Source: Microthyrium microscopicum
Taxonomy: Eukaryota
NCBI GenBank assembly: GCA_010405405.1
Contig: MU004236.1
Coordinates: 1,618,070-1,682,069 of the forward strand
Direction: 5' to 3'
Length of the DNA: 64,000 nucleotides
The notes beneath the pieces were generated by a model. The model made no database searches. It had not been told where the DNA came from and saw nothing but the letters and a program-made list of their open reading frames with translations. The position numbers and the translations under genes were made by a program. Shown one piece after another: positions 49,080 to 62,188 of the stretch. Positions within the stretch are counted from its first letter, which is position 1. Every line of letters starts with the position of its first letter.

Positions 49080-52000
49080 TTACCTTTAAAGGCTAATACC
49101 TATAGTACTTTATAATATATATTAGTATTACTCTAAAAGATTAAACCCGTATTATCTCTACGTACTTAATATAAAATTAAGTAATATTTTAAGTATAAGA
49201 GTCTTTAAACTTAGAAGGAAAGATTAGACCTATACTTATTAATTTTATTATACTCTACTATATTTAAGGCAAAGTAGAACTAGAAGTTATTAAGGATAGA
49301 ATAGGCTTCACTCGTAACGTTAGCTTTTATACTAACGTCTAGTTTAAGTAGCTCTATAATTATATTAAATCTACCTAAGTAGTAAGCGTCACATTTAAAG
49401 CTATATGTATCAACTTAGTAAACCTATTAAAAGAATATTAGTATAATAAGGACCTCTCTACTATATACGACAACGCTATAGCATAAAATTTCCTCTTATA
49501 ATAACGTATTTATACTTTAGAAAGTAAAGCCACCTAAGCTACGAGCAAAGCTTATTAGTTAATTAAGCAATAGCTTTACTTTAAAGAATAGGATATAATT
49601 TACTACTACGAGGTAACTAAAGCTATAAATATTATTAAGCGTTTATATAACTCTTATACTAAAAAGCATAACTAGATTATATTCTTAAAAGAAAAAGTCT
49701 AAAACCTTAAAGATTAACTAAGTAACTTAGCCTATAAGACTAAAGAATTAGCGTACTAAATAGACTCTAATAAAAAAGTAGACGTAATACTACTCCTTTA
49801 GAGCTACCTACGCCTAAATCTCTATCTTAATACTAAGAGCGCTACGCCTACCTTAAAAGTATTAGTAAGCTCTAAAACTAACTCTACGTAAGAATAATAA
49901 AATTTTAGTATTTATAATAATAAGAAATAAGACTCGTACCCTTAGTAAAAGCTTAAAGTAAAAAATTACTTTTATTATAAAGCACGTACCTTTCTTAATA
50001 AGTTATCTTAAGCTATTTAAGTTTATAGTAAATATAAAAACCTTACTCTTAGCTTCATTATTAATTACGTTTAATATAACGTACTTAATCTATATACTTT
50101 TATAGCAAAGTTTTAAAACAATCTTAATTACTATTTTAAAGGTACTAATAAGCGTAAAGCTACCCTTCTTTAGCTATAAAATCTATTTAATAAGATAAAG
50201 AAGACTAATAACTTAAGCTCTTACTTAGTTAAGTTTACTAGTAAAACTAATAAGGCCTACTTATTTAATATTAATAAACTAACTTATATACGTAATATAA
50301 TTACTAAAGAGCTAACAAGCTATCTCTACGCTAGTAAGGTAATTATAAGCACTAAGTTTATAATAGAATTATAATAAGTTAACTACCTCTTAGATTATAA
50401 AAAGTTTAATAATAAAAATAAGGATAAGGATAAGAATAAGGATAAGAATACCTAGAAGATAATTCTATATTATAGCAATGCCCTATTCCTACGCCTTAAG
50501 AAAGAAGAACGTTACCTATAATATAGTAATAAAAGCTACAATCTATAATCTAAAACCATACCCTACTAAGGTAAAGATACTATATTTAATAATAATATCT
50601 AAACTAAATTAGCTTTAATCTATACTTCTTAGTTATACTATACTTTAAGTATAGAAAATAACAAAAATATACCCCTAACCTATAGCTAATACTAAGAAAA
50701 CGCGTAGCTCCTTTATACTAACGCACAGACGAGCTAAACTCTAATAAAGCGTAAAATAAATAAAAAAAACGTTAAATAAAAGCTATTTAAGCTTACCTAA
50801 GCAAATTTAAATCTAAGGAAGAACCTTATTATAGTATAGTAGTAGTTTACATATCTGCTACCTATCTACTAATTAATTAATTACTAGAAACTAATACTAT
50901 CCTAAAAGTAGGATAATAGTAGAGTACTATAGAGAGTATCTTTCTCTTAAATAGCTCTTATACTAAAGTAAAAATCCTTATTAATATAGGTAGTAGCGTA
51001 TTTAGCATTATCAACCCTTATTACCTCTAACTTTATAGCCTTAAATTTATTAAAATATTAAGATCTTATTAAGCTAAGATAGCTAATAGTTACGCCATTA
51101 TTACTATAACTTATATAGCATTCATTACCTTACATATTAGTATTTATCTTAAATAAGCCTTATGCTTTATTATAGAAATTACTAACTATAATATTATCCT
51201 TAAAGACCCTTAGGTTAACAAGTATAAAGTTATACTCTAAGGAGGCTAGTAGATACTAGGCTTCTACTCTAAGCACTATCTCTAAAGCTATATAGCTTTA
51301 TACCACTCTATTATAGTTAATTATAGAGGCCAAGTAGTTATAGAAAAGAAAGATAAGAATACTCTTAATATTTACGTAGTTTTTCCTTAAGTATTTATAA
51401 CTCTAATATAGCAAGAGAAAAACTAATTCTCTATATTATATAAAGAAGATTTTAACGCGTTAAAAGAAGAAAAAGATTTAGATCCTATTCCTTAGCACAA
51501 TATTACTAGTATTATAGTAATCTTAATAAAAGACTATACTAAATAGTAAAAGAAGCTTAAATAAGATCTATTAATATAAAAAGAATTACTTAGCCTAATT
51601 CCTAAAGAATTTTACTAACATATCTACCTCTTTAACTTAATACAAGCCAATAAATTACTACCTTATTACCTTAGATTTAACTACTCTATCCTAATAGATC
51701 TATAAGCTAAAGTACTTATATAAAAGTCTTATAGGATATCACGCTAATAAGCTTAAGTTATTAAAGAGTATATTAAAAATATGCTTAGAAAAAGCTTTAT
51801 CTATAAAAGCACTTTTTAATACGCTTTACTAGTTCTTTATATTAATAAACTAGGTAGAGGCATTTAGGTTTATATAGATTACTATAGATTAAACAAAATT
51901 ACCTTAAAGAATTAGAACATTCCACTACTTTTTACTAAAACCCTTATAAAGATCTATAAAGTTAGATTCTTCTCTAAATTTAATATTATTACTACCTTTA

Positions 52001-55000
52001 ATAATATTTATATTTATAAAGGCAATAAGTACAAAACTACCTTTCTTACCTATTATAGCTTATTTAAGTTCTTTATTATACTATTTAGTATAACTAGCTC
52101 CCTTAGAATATTCTAAGCTTTTATTAATAGCACTATTTAAGAATACTTAGACGATTTTATTATTATATACCTAAATAACATTCTTATTTAGAGCGAAACT
52201 AAAGAAAAATATATTACTTACGTCTACCTAATCCTTAATAAGCTTAAGAAGGTTAGCCTTTACCTTAATATTACTAAGTTAGAATTCATAACTAAGAGCA
52301 TTAAATACCTTAGTATTATTATTATACCTAACAAAATCCTTATAGATAAAAAGAAAGTAGAAGCAGTACTAAAATAGTAACACCCCTTATTACTTAAAGA
52401 CGTCTAGATATTTTTAGGCTTTACAAACTTCTACTACTAATTTATTAAAGAATATTCAAAAATTATAGTATTAATAATAGCACTTATTAAAAAGGACGTT
52501 CCTTAACAATATCTTTAGAACTTAGACGGCCTTAAAAAGGCTACTTTTAAAGCCTTAAAGAAAGCTTTTACTATAGTACCAATCTTACAACATTTTAATC
52601 TTAATAAAGAGACCTAGCTTAAAATTAATACCTCTAACTAGGTCACTATAGTAGTCCTTTTATAGAAGAATAACAACAAAGAACTTTACCTAATTACCTT
52701 CCTATTTAAAAAGATAATATTAATAGAGTATAACTATAATATTTACAATAAAGAACTACTTATAATTATCTATATATTTAAAGAATAGGAACTAGAGTTA
52801 TTCTTTATTAATAATCCTATTAAAGTCTATATAGACTATCTTAACTTAAGGTTATTTATATTTATAAAAAAGCTCTCCCACTATTAAGCGCGTTAGGCAA
52901 AGTTCCTATTATAATTCTAATTCAAAATCAAATACTATAATAGACTATTAAACACTAAAGCTAATGCCTTTACCTAATAGTCTTAAGACTTATTATAATC
53001 TAATAACGACTTATAAGTTACATAATAAGTACATCTTATACTATTCTCCTATTATTTCGCTAATACTTATAGCATATACTATATATTTAATATAATTATT
53101 TATAATACACGCCAAGCTATTAAGGTAGTAACTATATTAGTTTAGGGTAAACACCCTTTAATAATTAAGTTAGTTATAATTATTATTAATAAAGTCAATA
53201 TGTTTACTATAGAAGGAGAGTCAATTAGTAATCTAACTACAAGGAGTCATTCTAAGGATACTCCAACTTTAGGGGAATTAACTAGTTATTTTAAAGTAGA
53301 GAATATACCTACTAACTTAGAAACGTTATAGAAGGATATTATTAAAGCAAGTAAAAAGGATAAGCTTATTTAAGCTATCCACGATTATAAAGTAGCGTAG
53401 TATTACTACTTATTTTATAGTATACTAAAACGCAAATTTATTAAGTTTAGAAACTATTAAGTCCTTATAGATAGAACCATTTAATATCGCTAGCGCCTAC
53501 TAGTCCCTTATAAAAAACTTTACTATTATATAATATAATATACATACGATTATAAGATTATAGGATATAGAGATACTACTACAACTTATTAATATTTATC
53601 CTAATTCTACTATTAGTCTTACATAGTAGAAGACGTTAAGTAATATATAAAATAATGCCATTACGCTTTCTCTAAGCTAGTAATATAAAAGAAACAAGGC
53701 CTACTATAGTTATTCCTTTTACTAGACCACACGTAAGCTAATATCTTAATCAACTTTGCTATTACGTTACTATTATGTATTTACTTAAGAGTTATTTATT
53801 GCTATACTATAATAATAGTTAATAGACTTACTTGCACTCACTGTTTTATATCCTTAGCTAACCTTAACGTCTAGACAATAGTATTAGTATTCCTTAACTA
53901 GATCTAGAAGCATATTAGCTAGCTAGACTCTATCTTATCTAATTATAGATCCTAATTCACTTCAGCCTTCTAGCGCCGTTTATATAAGCAAGTAGGAGTA
54001 ATAATCCGTCTTACTACCATTTAGTACCTACAATCTAATAGTATTACTAAGATCGTAATATAAGCCCTAAAGGCTTACTTATAATGCTTTGTTAATTACT
54101 AATAAAATAATTAAGTAAGACTCCTACTATTCGTTAAGTTTAAGGCCAACTATGCTATCTACGCTATAACTAAAATAAGCCTATTTAAAGCGCTTAATAG
54201 CTTATTGCCACGCTCTAGCTTAGAACTAAATATACTAGGTAAAGTATTTATAGGCTCTAAGTTAGTACAAAGTAAATAACGCTCTATAGACGTATTTTTT
54301 AAAGATAGATAAGACTTACGTAATTATCTTCGTAAATAAATTTTATAGTCTTAGGCGCTAATAAATAAGCAAGTTAACTAATACTACTATCTAATACCTA
54401 ACCTTAAACTAGGCGACTAAGTATATTTAAATATATATTACTATAAAACCCTTCGCCCTTCTAAATTACTTAATAATAAATCTACTAGTTTATTTAAAAT
54501 CTTAAAAAAGATTAATATACTTACTTATAAGCTTAATCTCCCTAAGAAGATAAAAATATACCCTATTTTCTATACTTAGCTTTTATACCCTATCCTTAAA
54601 GGCGCTACTATACTATAAGAACCTAATAACCCCTTAGCTATTACTAATCTAAAAGGAAATAACAATAAGTAGGAATAATTAGTTAATTACGTTATTAATA
54701 GCTATTAGCATAACTAGCAAGGAAAAGGTAAAAAGAAGATACTCTAATATAAAGTTAAATTTACTAAATAGAATAATTAGAATTATAACCTAGATTAGCA
54801 ACTATAAATAGATCTTAAATTATACCTAGAGCTTATCATAGAGTTTTATAACTATAATCCTATAAAACTAGGCCCTTACAAGTTATTTATTAATCCTTAG
54901 AAAAAGAAGAATAAAAAATATAACTTTAATAGCATTCTTCCTAATTAGTAAGATTATTATTATTATTATAGCAGTATCTTAATACTTCTATAAACTAGAG

Positions 55001-58000
55001 TATTTTAAAAACATCTTATAGTTTATTAATACTACTTAACAGTTGCTTTAGTAGGCTAAAGGATAGTAAGGAATAAACACTCATAGTATTATATATAGAA
55101 GGATATTAAACTCTTTACTTTCATTATTATAGTTACAATACGTTTTATACCTATTATAGCGTTATCCTATATAGTTAGATTAGCTTAAGAGCACTAATAT
55201 TAAAAAGGAAAGTATTATTATAGATCCTCTCTATTAAGATCTCTTTATAAGATCTTTAGTATTCCTATTACATAATACTAAGGGCTTAGCGCCTAAGGTT
55301 TAGCTAACATAAAGCTTATCTCCTACTAGCCCTAATCCCTCTTCTAGATTCTTTATCTTAGTTTTCTTAAATTATATCTACATCTAGATTACACCCTTAT
55401 ATTTATAGCTCCCTAACACTCTATTAGTAAAAAGTAATTATAATATTAGAGATTAGGGTTATAAAGTAGGTAAAAAGGTTATAAGACACTTAATAGATTA
55501 AGTATATAGAAATAAGGATAAGAGTAATCGCTAAGGAACTATAAAAAGATTCCTTAGCCTCTATCTTATTACCTAAAAACCTTTAAGGTTCCTCTCTAAG
55601 TTAAAGTAGTCTATCTATAAGCTAAGGTACCTTAGAGGTATACTTAGCTACTAATTATAATAGTTAGGAACCTATTAGTTCTCTTAACTATAGAATATAC
55701 TAAAGCTAAAGAAGTAGCTCCGCTAGCTTCTAATAGCTATTAGGCTAAGGCACTTAGGCTATAATGCCTATCTAGAAGAGTCTATTAGGTTTAATTCCTA
55801 ACATTAGTAAATCTAATCCTTATATAAAAAGACTATTTTAATTAAGTCCTAGCCTATACTTAAGAACGTATATAAAGTATATTAATTCTTTAGTCTTACC
55901 TTATACTATTAGTAGTATATTAAGAACTTTACTAAGATTACTACCTTTATCTTTAACTTTCTAAAGAAAACTAATCTAGATATTAAGAAAAAGAAGTACT
56001 ACTCTATTACTTAGACTTATTAATATACTATAGCCTTTAATAGAATTAAGACTCTATTAACCTTATTACTTATCTTAATAGTATATAATTTATAAAAGCC
56101 TATAAAGCTCTAAATAAATACTTTAGATTATATAATTAGTTATAAGCTAGTATAAGAGAATAATTAAAGTAAATAGTACCTAGTTACTTTTAATAGCTAT
56201 AAGCTAAGTAAAGCTAAACTTAATTATTTAGTATATAAGAAAGAGCTTCTTATAATTAAGGATATAATTAAGAAATACTAATACTACTTCCTAAGGAAGA
56301 CTACTAAAGTAATTATAAATTATAATAGCTTATAGTATATAAATATAATTAAGAATAATACTTAACGTATTACTTAATAAATTAAAGAGTTCTAAGAATT
56401 TAATCTTATTTTTATATATTATAAAGGTTTTTAAGTAGTAGTTCCTAATATTCTTAATTATTACCTAAACTTTTAAGAAAAATAGATTAATACTATTTAA
56501 GAAATAGAGCCTAAAGATAATAATAATAACTTATCTTTTAAAGTATAAACTACCTTATTAAAATTCTTATAAAAGTAAAAAGAATAAGAAGCCCTTTATA
56601 TATAGAGCTTATAAAAAGTATTAAAAAAGAAAGATTATACTATTTCTACTAATATATAAAAGAGGCTCTAGAAAAGTATTCTTAATTATTTTTAAATTAA
56701 CTTTAATAGAAATATTAAGAAAAAATATAGGTATCTATTCTTAAAGAAAGATTTTACTAAAGCTAAGATACTTACTAGTTTACTCTATATTTATTTTCTT
56801 TATTACTAAGACTTTATTAAGAAAGTATATAATTAGTATAAGTATTTATTATATATAAGCCTTACTAATATTCTTAAACTAGAAGGTTAATAGCTAAGGA
56901 TAAAGAATAACTTCTAAAAATTTACTTAGTTCTATTCTATATATTAAGTTTAATAAATAAATTAAAGTAGGCCTAAGTATAAGTCTTACTATTAAGTATA
57001 AAACCTATAGCTATTTAAAGCTTAGAGAATTAACCTAATTAGTAAACTTCTATAGAGTCTTCTTAAGAACTAATATATTATCTATATAATTAACTATACT
57101 ATAAGATAGCCTATTATAAAAGTAGTACTAAATATTATTACTTTTATAGTTATAAAATTTATTTATAAAAAAATTATCTTAGAATATAATTCTTCTTAAT
57201 TATTAATTTTAGATAATAGACCTTAGTTTATCTTAAACGTAATTTTATTCTTATTATAATAAATAAAGACTAAGTATTACTTAATAGTTCTATATAATCT
57301 TTAGTCTAATAAGAAGGTTAAGAGATTTAATAGCCTATTAAGTATATTCCTAACTAAGTTCTTAGAAGAAAAACTTATAGCTAGTTAGAATCTATATCTA
57401 GATTAAGTAGTTTATACTACTAAAGTATAAGCTTATACTATATTAGGAATATTTCTCTTCTTCTTTATTTATAAAAAAGATCCTAAGGACTTTAAAATAA
57501 GCTAAGTAAAGAAAGATAAATAAGCTAAATTAACTAGTATTATACTTCTTATCTATATAATTATTAAAGATTACCTAGAGAAGGTTAGAACTACTAAGTA
57601 AGTCTATTATAACGCTTTATTAAAATAAGCTATAGCCTTAAACCTTATTAATAGTAATATAATTTTAAAAGAAGACTTTATTATTAAATTCTTTATAGGT
57701 TCTTATATATTCCTTAAAAACTTAAATAAAACTAAATTCTAAGTAGTATAGTTTAGCTCTTATAAAGTTTTAAAGGCTTACTTCTTAAGAATATATATTC
57801 TTAAGATACTTAATAGAAAAGTATTTAGAAACTTTATCTATAAGAATTACTTTATATAAGCATATATATAAAAAGAAAATAAATATTATTACTAAAACTA
57901 GCTATATCTTAAGTATAAATAACTAAGTAAAAACAACTTTAAAAGCGTCTTAAATAAAGAGTATAGAAGTAAGATAAATATATTTACTATAACTAAAAAA

Positions 58001-61000
58001 AACTAGCTTAATAAATTAAGAAACCTTTTAGTAAAGTTAATTAATATTAAGAAGTCTAGTACTAGGAAATATTACTTAAGTCTACTTACTATTCTTCTTA
58101 ACCTTATAAGAAAAGTTTAAGAAGCTAAAGTAAGTATTTATAAATAAGAAAAGAAACATTTTATAGTAACTATTTATAACCTAAGTAGTAACTTAGAGAC
58201 TTCTATAGCGTTAGAATATATTTTTCCTAACCTAATTCTAGCTTTAGTATAAAGTAATTTAGAGTAGATAAAGTAAATTATATAGAAGATAAAATATTCT
58301 ATAGTACTATAAGATTTAGTAAAAAAGAAGAATAATAATATTTCTACTTTTCTAAATTAAAGCTTAGTAAAGAAGGAAATCCTCCTAGCTATAGTAGAAT
58401 AAGAATTAATTTTTATATTATTAAAATAATAAAAGTAGGAAGATAAATTATTAAAGCTAAGGAGCTATAATAGAATTACTACCCTAATTACTTATATATC
58501 TATACTAGAAGTAATAAATCTATATAAATAAGTATTTAATTCTAGAGAAGACTATTAAGGTATTAACCTTTTATTACTAAATACTATAAAAGTAGAGGTT
58601 CTTTCTATAGATTACTTTAAACCTAGTTTATTATAAGAAATAAATATAACTAAAGAATTTTTATAAGATACTAATATATTTAGGCTAACTATAATACTTA
58701 GTAGTTTTATATGCCTTAGTATTAGCTTATAATATTTAGGATTAGGATAGAGATAATAAAAGGCTACTCCTAAATAAGAAATTATTTTACGTATAGATAT
58801 AGATAAGGTGCCTATAAGAAAGAAAAGAAAAATTAACCTTTTATTATCTCTTTTATAACCTTTCTTAATTATATTTATTTAAGGAAACTATTTATAAGAA
58901 ATTACTTTTATTTATTATTAATTTAAGTAAATTATTATAAGTAATAATAATTAAAATTAAACTTTTAAATCTTTCTAATAATTCTTAGAACTATTACTAA
59001 GGTTATTTAAATATAATAAGCTATCTCTAGATCTCTTTAGTAATCTTTAAGATTATTACTAAAAGCCTTCTTATAAAATATTTAATAGTAAGAAATAAGA
59101 AACTTAAATAACTTAAATTCCTAAGCTAACTTACTACTTTTTAGTCTTAAAGTAATATAAGCTTAATATTATTTTTCTCTATTCCTTAAAAGATAACTAA
59201 CTCTAAGAATTTAGTCCTATTTCTTTCTCTATATAAGTAAGCTAATATACTTCTTTCTTACTAAAATTAAATATAGTTAATAAAGCTTCTAGATAACTTA
59301 AAGATAGTATAAATAATAAGCTACTAGTAGGGCTATAAATAAAAATAATAAGTAGTCTAGTAACTATCTATATTAATTATATAGTATTTATACTTACTTC
59401 TTTTATTATAAATAAGTAATTTTATTTACTATTTAAGGTATAATTTATATAAGCCTTATTAAATATAAAATTACTCTTTATATCTTAAAAAACTATATAA
59501 TTATACTAAGTAATAACTTTTTTATCTAAAAGCTTAAGTATATAATAGTATTTATATTTATTATAATACTAATTAGGTTAGTAACTCTAAATATAAGCTA
59601 TAGCTACTTATAGTTTATTACTACTAGATAATAAGTTAGTTATTACTATAGTAGCTAGCTTAGTCTAAGTAAGACTATGCTTAATATAGTACTTAAGTAA
59701 TACTAAGATTTCTTAAGAAATTTTAACTCTTTAATTTTAAAAATCTTATAAGACCTAGATAAGCTTATTCTAAGTCTTCTTCTTATATATCTATAGTTAG
59801 TAGTTTAAATAGATTAATTAACTACTTACTATAGTATAAGCTATATTATTAGGTAAATACTTATAAGTTTACTTATTAAGCTTCTTTAAAAGAGTTAAAT
59901 AATAATCTAAACTAAGCTTTATCTTAATTTAAAGCTTAGATAAAGTCTTACGCATACTACTTTACTTCTTTATAAGCTAATATAATAATATTTTTATTTT
60001 CTTCTTACTTAAAGACTTAATATATTCTAATTTATTTTTAGAAATATTTAAGAAGCTAGTCTTATTAACTATATGCTTATATATTTATAAAATACTATAA
60101 GTTTACTCTAGCTTAAGTATTATATAATAGTAGTAGCCCTAGCTATACTCTTAGTTAATAATCTAGTATAAGGTTATTTTAGAATATACTAAGCTATTCT
60201 AAATATATTAAAGTATATTTTCTATTACTTAAATCTAGAAATATATTATATCTTATTCTACGTATATCTATATAGAATTAAGTAGTATAGTATTTAAGAA
60301 GTTATAGTCTAAATTAAAGATATTAGTAATATAAGTACTAAATATTATAAATAGCTTAATCTTATTTTAATTTAGAAGACTTATTTTCTAAAGCTATTAA
60401 AGTATTACCTATATTAGAGTATTCTCCTTAGTAGAACTTACCTTTTATTTAGGCATTTCTTAAGTAGCTTACTTATAAGCTAACTTCTATTAGTAAAAGA
60501 ACTTACTCTTTAGGACTAGAGAATATTATCTAAATATAAGTAATTATTTATAAGATTATCTTATCTTAGAATTAATATTATAGTAGCCTATAAAAGCTTA
60601 CTAGTAAGCTTCCTTAAGAGAAGAATTTAGATAATTAATACTCTATTAATAACTAAATTTAGCTAGAAGAGGTAAAAAGTAGTTATTATTATTCTTTATA
60701 CTTAAGAATCTTAATATACTATCTTATTAGCTATAAGCTTTAGCTAGAGAAGATAAACGTATAGGTATATTTATAAATAATTATAGACGTTCCTTAGAAT
60801 AAGGTTAAGTAACTAGACTTAGAGACTAAGTAATAAGACTTAGAGCCTACTATAAAGATTTAGCTTAATTATACTAAGCTTAAGAAACCTAAAAATAAGT
60901 ACTATACTTTCTAGGTAACTTTAAAGGCAATATAGTTAGCTTAGTATAAGGAGTTATTTTAAAGAGCTTTTATAATTAAAAGCTTAAGAAGAATTAAGAA

Positions 61001-62188
61001 TTAAAAAAGAGAAATATATAGAGCTACTTATACTTAATAATATTAGAAGTATAAGAGAAAATTTACTTCTACTAGCTTAAAGTATTATAGAAGTATAATA
61101 AAGAAAAAGAAGAGAAGATAATAGATTATAAAGCTTTATAAATATAGGATTAGGCCCTTATCTTATATTTATTTAGACTAGTAATTACTACTTAGTTCTT
61201 TATTACTATCTATATATTACTTCTTATAAACTTTACTCTTTAAGGCCTTAAAGTATAGGTTATATATATTCTTTATTAGATTAAGTAGCCTTAGTATATT
61301 TATATAAATTCTTTATAATTCCTTAATTTACTACTATTAATAGCCTCTATATAAATAAACTTTCCTAAAAAGATTAAAAACTATAAACGCCTAAGTACTA
61401 TTTATAATAGTTTAACCTAAATCTTAAGGAAGATCTTAGAAAGATAACTTCTTAGAGATTACTTTATAATATAGCTAGAGTAATAGTTTTAGATCTTAAG
61501 TAAAAGTTCCTTATTAATTATTATAATATTCTTTTTATTTTACTTATTTATTAAAGCTATAACTATAGAATTTATAATCTTAAGAAAATTTATACTAGTA
61601 AGGAAGAATATTATAATAAAGAATATACTAAAGGATTAGATAATTATAGGACCTAATTAAGGATAATATAATCCCCTAATTAGCATATCCTAAAAACTAT
61701 ATTAGGCCCTTAGACTCCCATAGTAATCAACCACGCTTTATTTCTCATATTCTTGCAATAAGGTGCAGGTGAACAGAGCCACGTGATCGGAATTTCACTC
61801 AACATTCCATTGAACTGAAACAAGGTAAAGACTTAAATAAGTAAGCCCTAAGAAAGAATGGAGATAATTCAAATTGTGAGATTCAAGAGGTATATTGCGC
61901 CAATACTATACTGACTACAAATTGCTTTGCTTTGCATGGTGGTACGTACCAAGACCCACCATGCGCCAAGGCTTGACTTTCCCAATTGGGACTTTCGCGA
62001 TGCTCCCTCCATTGGCGTTTGTAAGAACCCCGACTCGTCCCAACCTCACCCTCTTCAGCATGAAACCCGATTTGGGCCTGGAGACAATGATGAGGGAATA
62101 CTTTGACTAATTTGTTTCATTTTGTCTCTCTTCCGAATTCACCACGATCCTTGCTTCCCCTTTCCTTGTCCTGATCCTTGTATTCATT

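Larger units (their letters stand above)
40494..55418 (+). mobile_element. Ty3/Gypsy element D (~7.3 kb without insert), nested in the 5' leader of B
   Basis: 203-bp LTRs at 40494-40696 and 55216-55418; perfect TSD CTCTA; PPT AAAAAGGAAAG before 55216; plus-strand RT YLNNIL (=YLDDIL) at ~52168, followed by RNaseH and integrase relics. Confidence 0.92.
24476..55803 (-). mobile_element. Ty3/Gypsy element B (~8.7 kb without inserts), nested in the RT of A
   Basis: 360-bp LTRs at 24476-24835 and 55444-55803; perfect TSD TTAGT. Minus-strand RT YLNNI (=YLDDI) at ~38010-38025; integrase GPY/F-like region at ~35850-35940. Confidence 0.92.
20489..61760 (+). mobile_element. Ty3/Gypsy LTR retrotransposon A (outermost, ~9.9 kb without nested inserts), RIP-inactivated
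   Basis: 152-bp LTRs at 20489-20640 and 61609-61760; TSD AGGTA/AGGTG; PPT-like AAGGAAGAA before the 3' LTR. Plus-strand relics: protease FLDLRA (~23195), RT YLNNI (=YLDDI, ~24310), RT/RNaseH resuming at 55809, integrase region ~56.9-57.9 kb. Confidence 0.9.

Noticed and set aside
20489..61760. Starship/giant transposon, centromere or foreign AT-rich DNA
   Set aside because: No recombinase or cargo genes seen; the block is fully accounted for by five LTR elements with TSDs and TpA enrichment typical of RIP. Centromere function cannot be judged from sequence alone.
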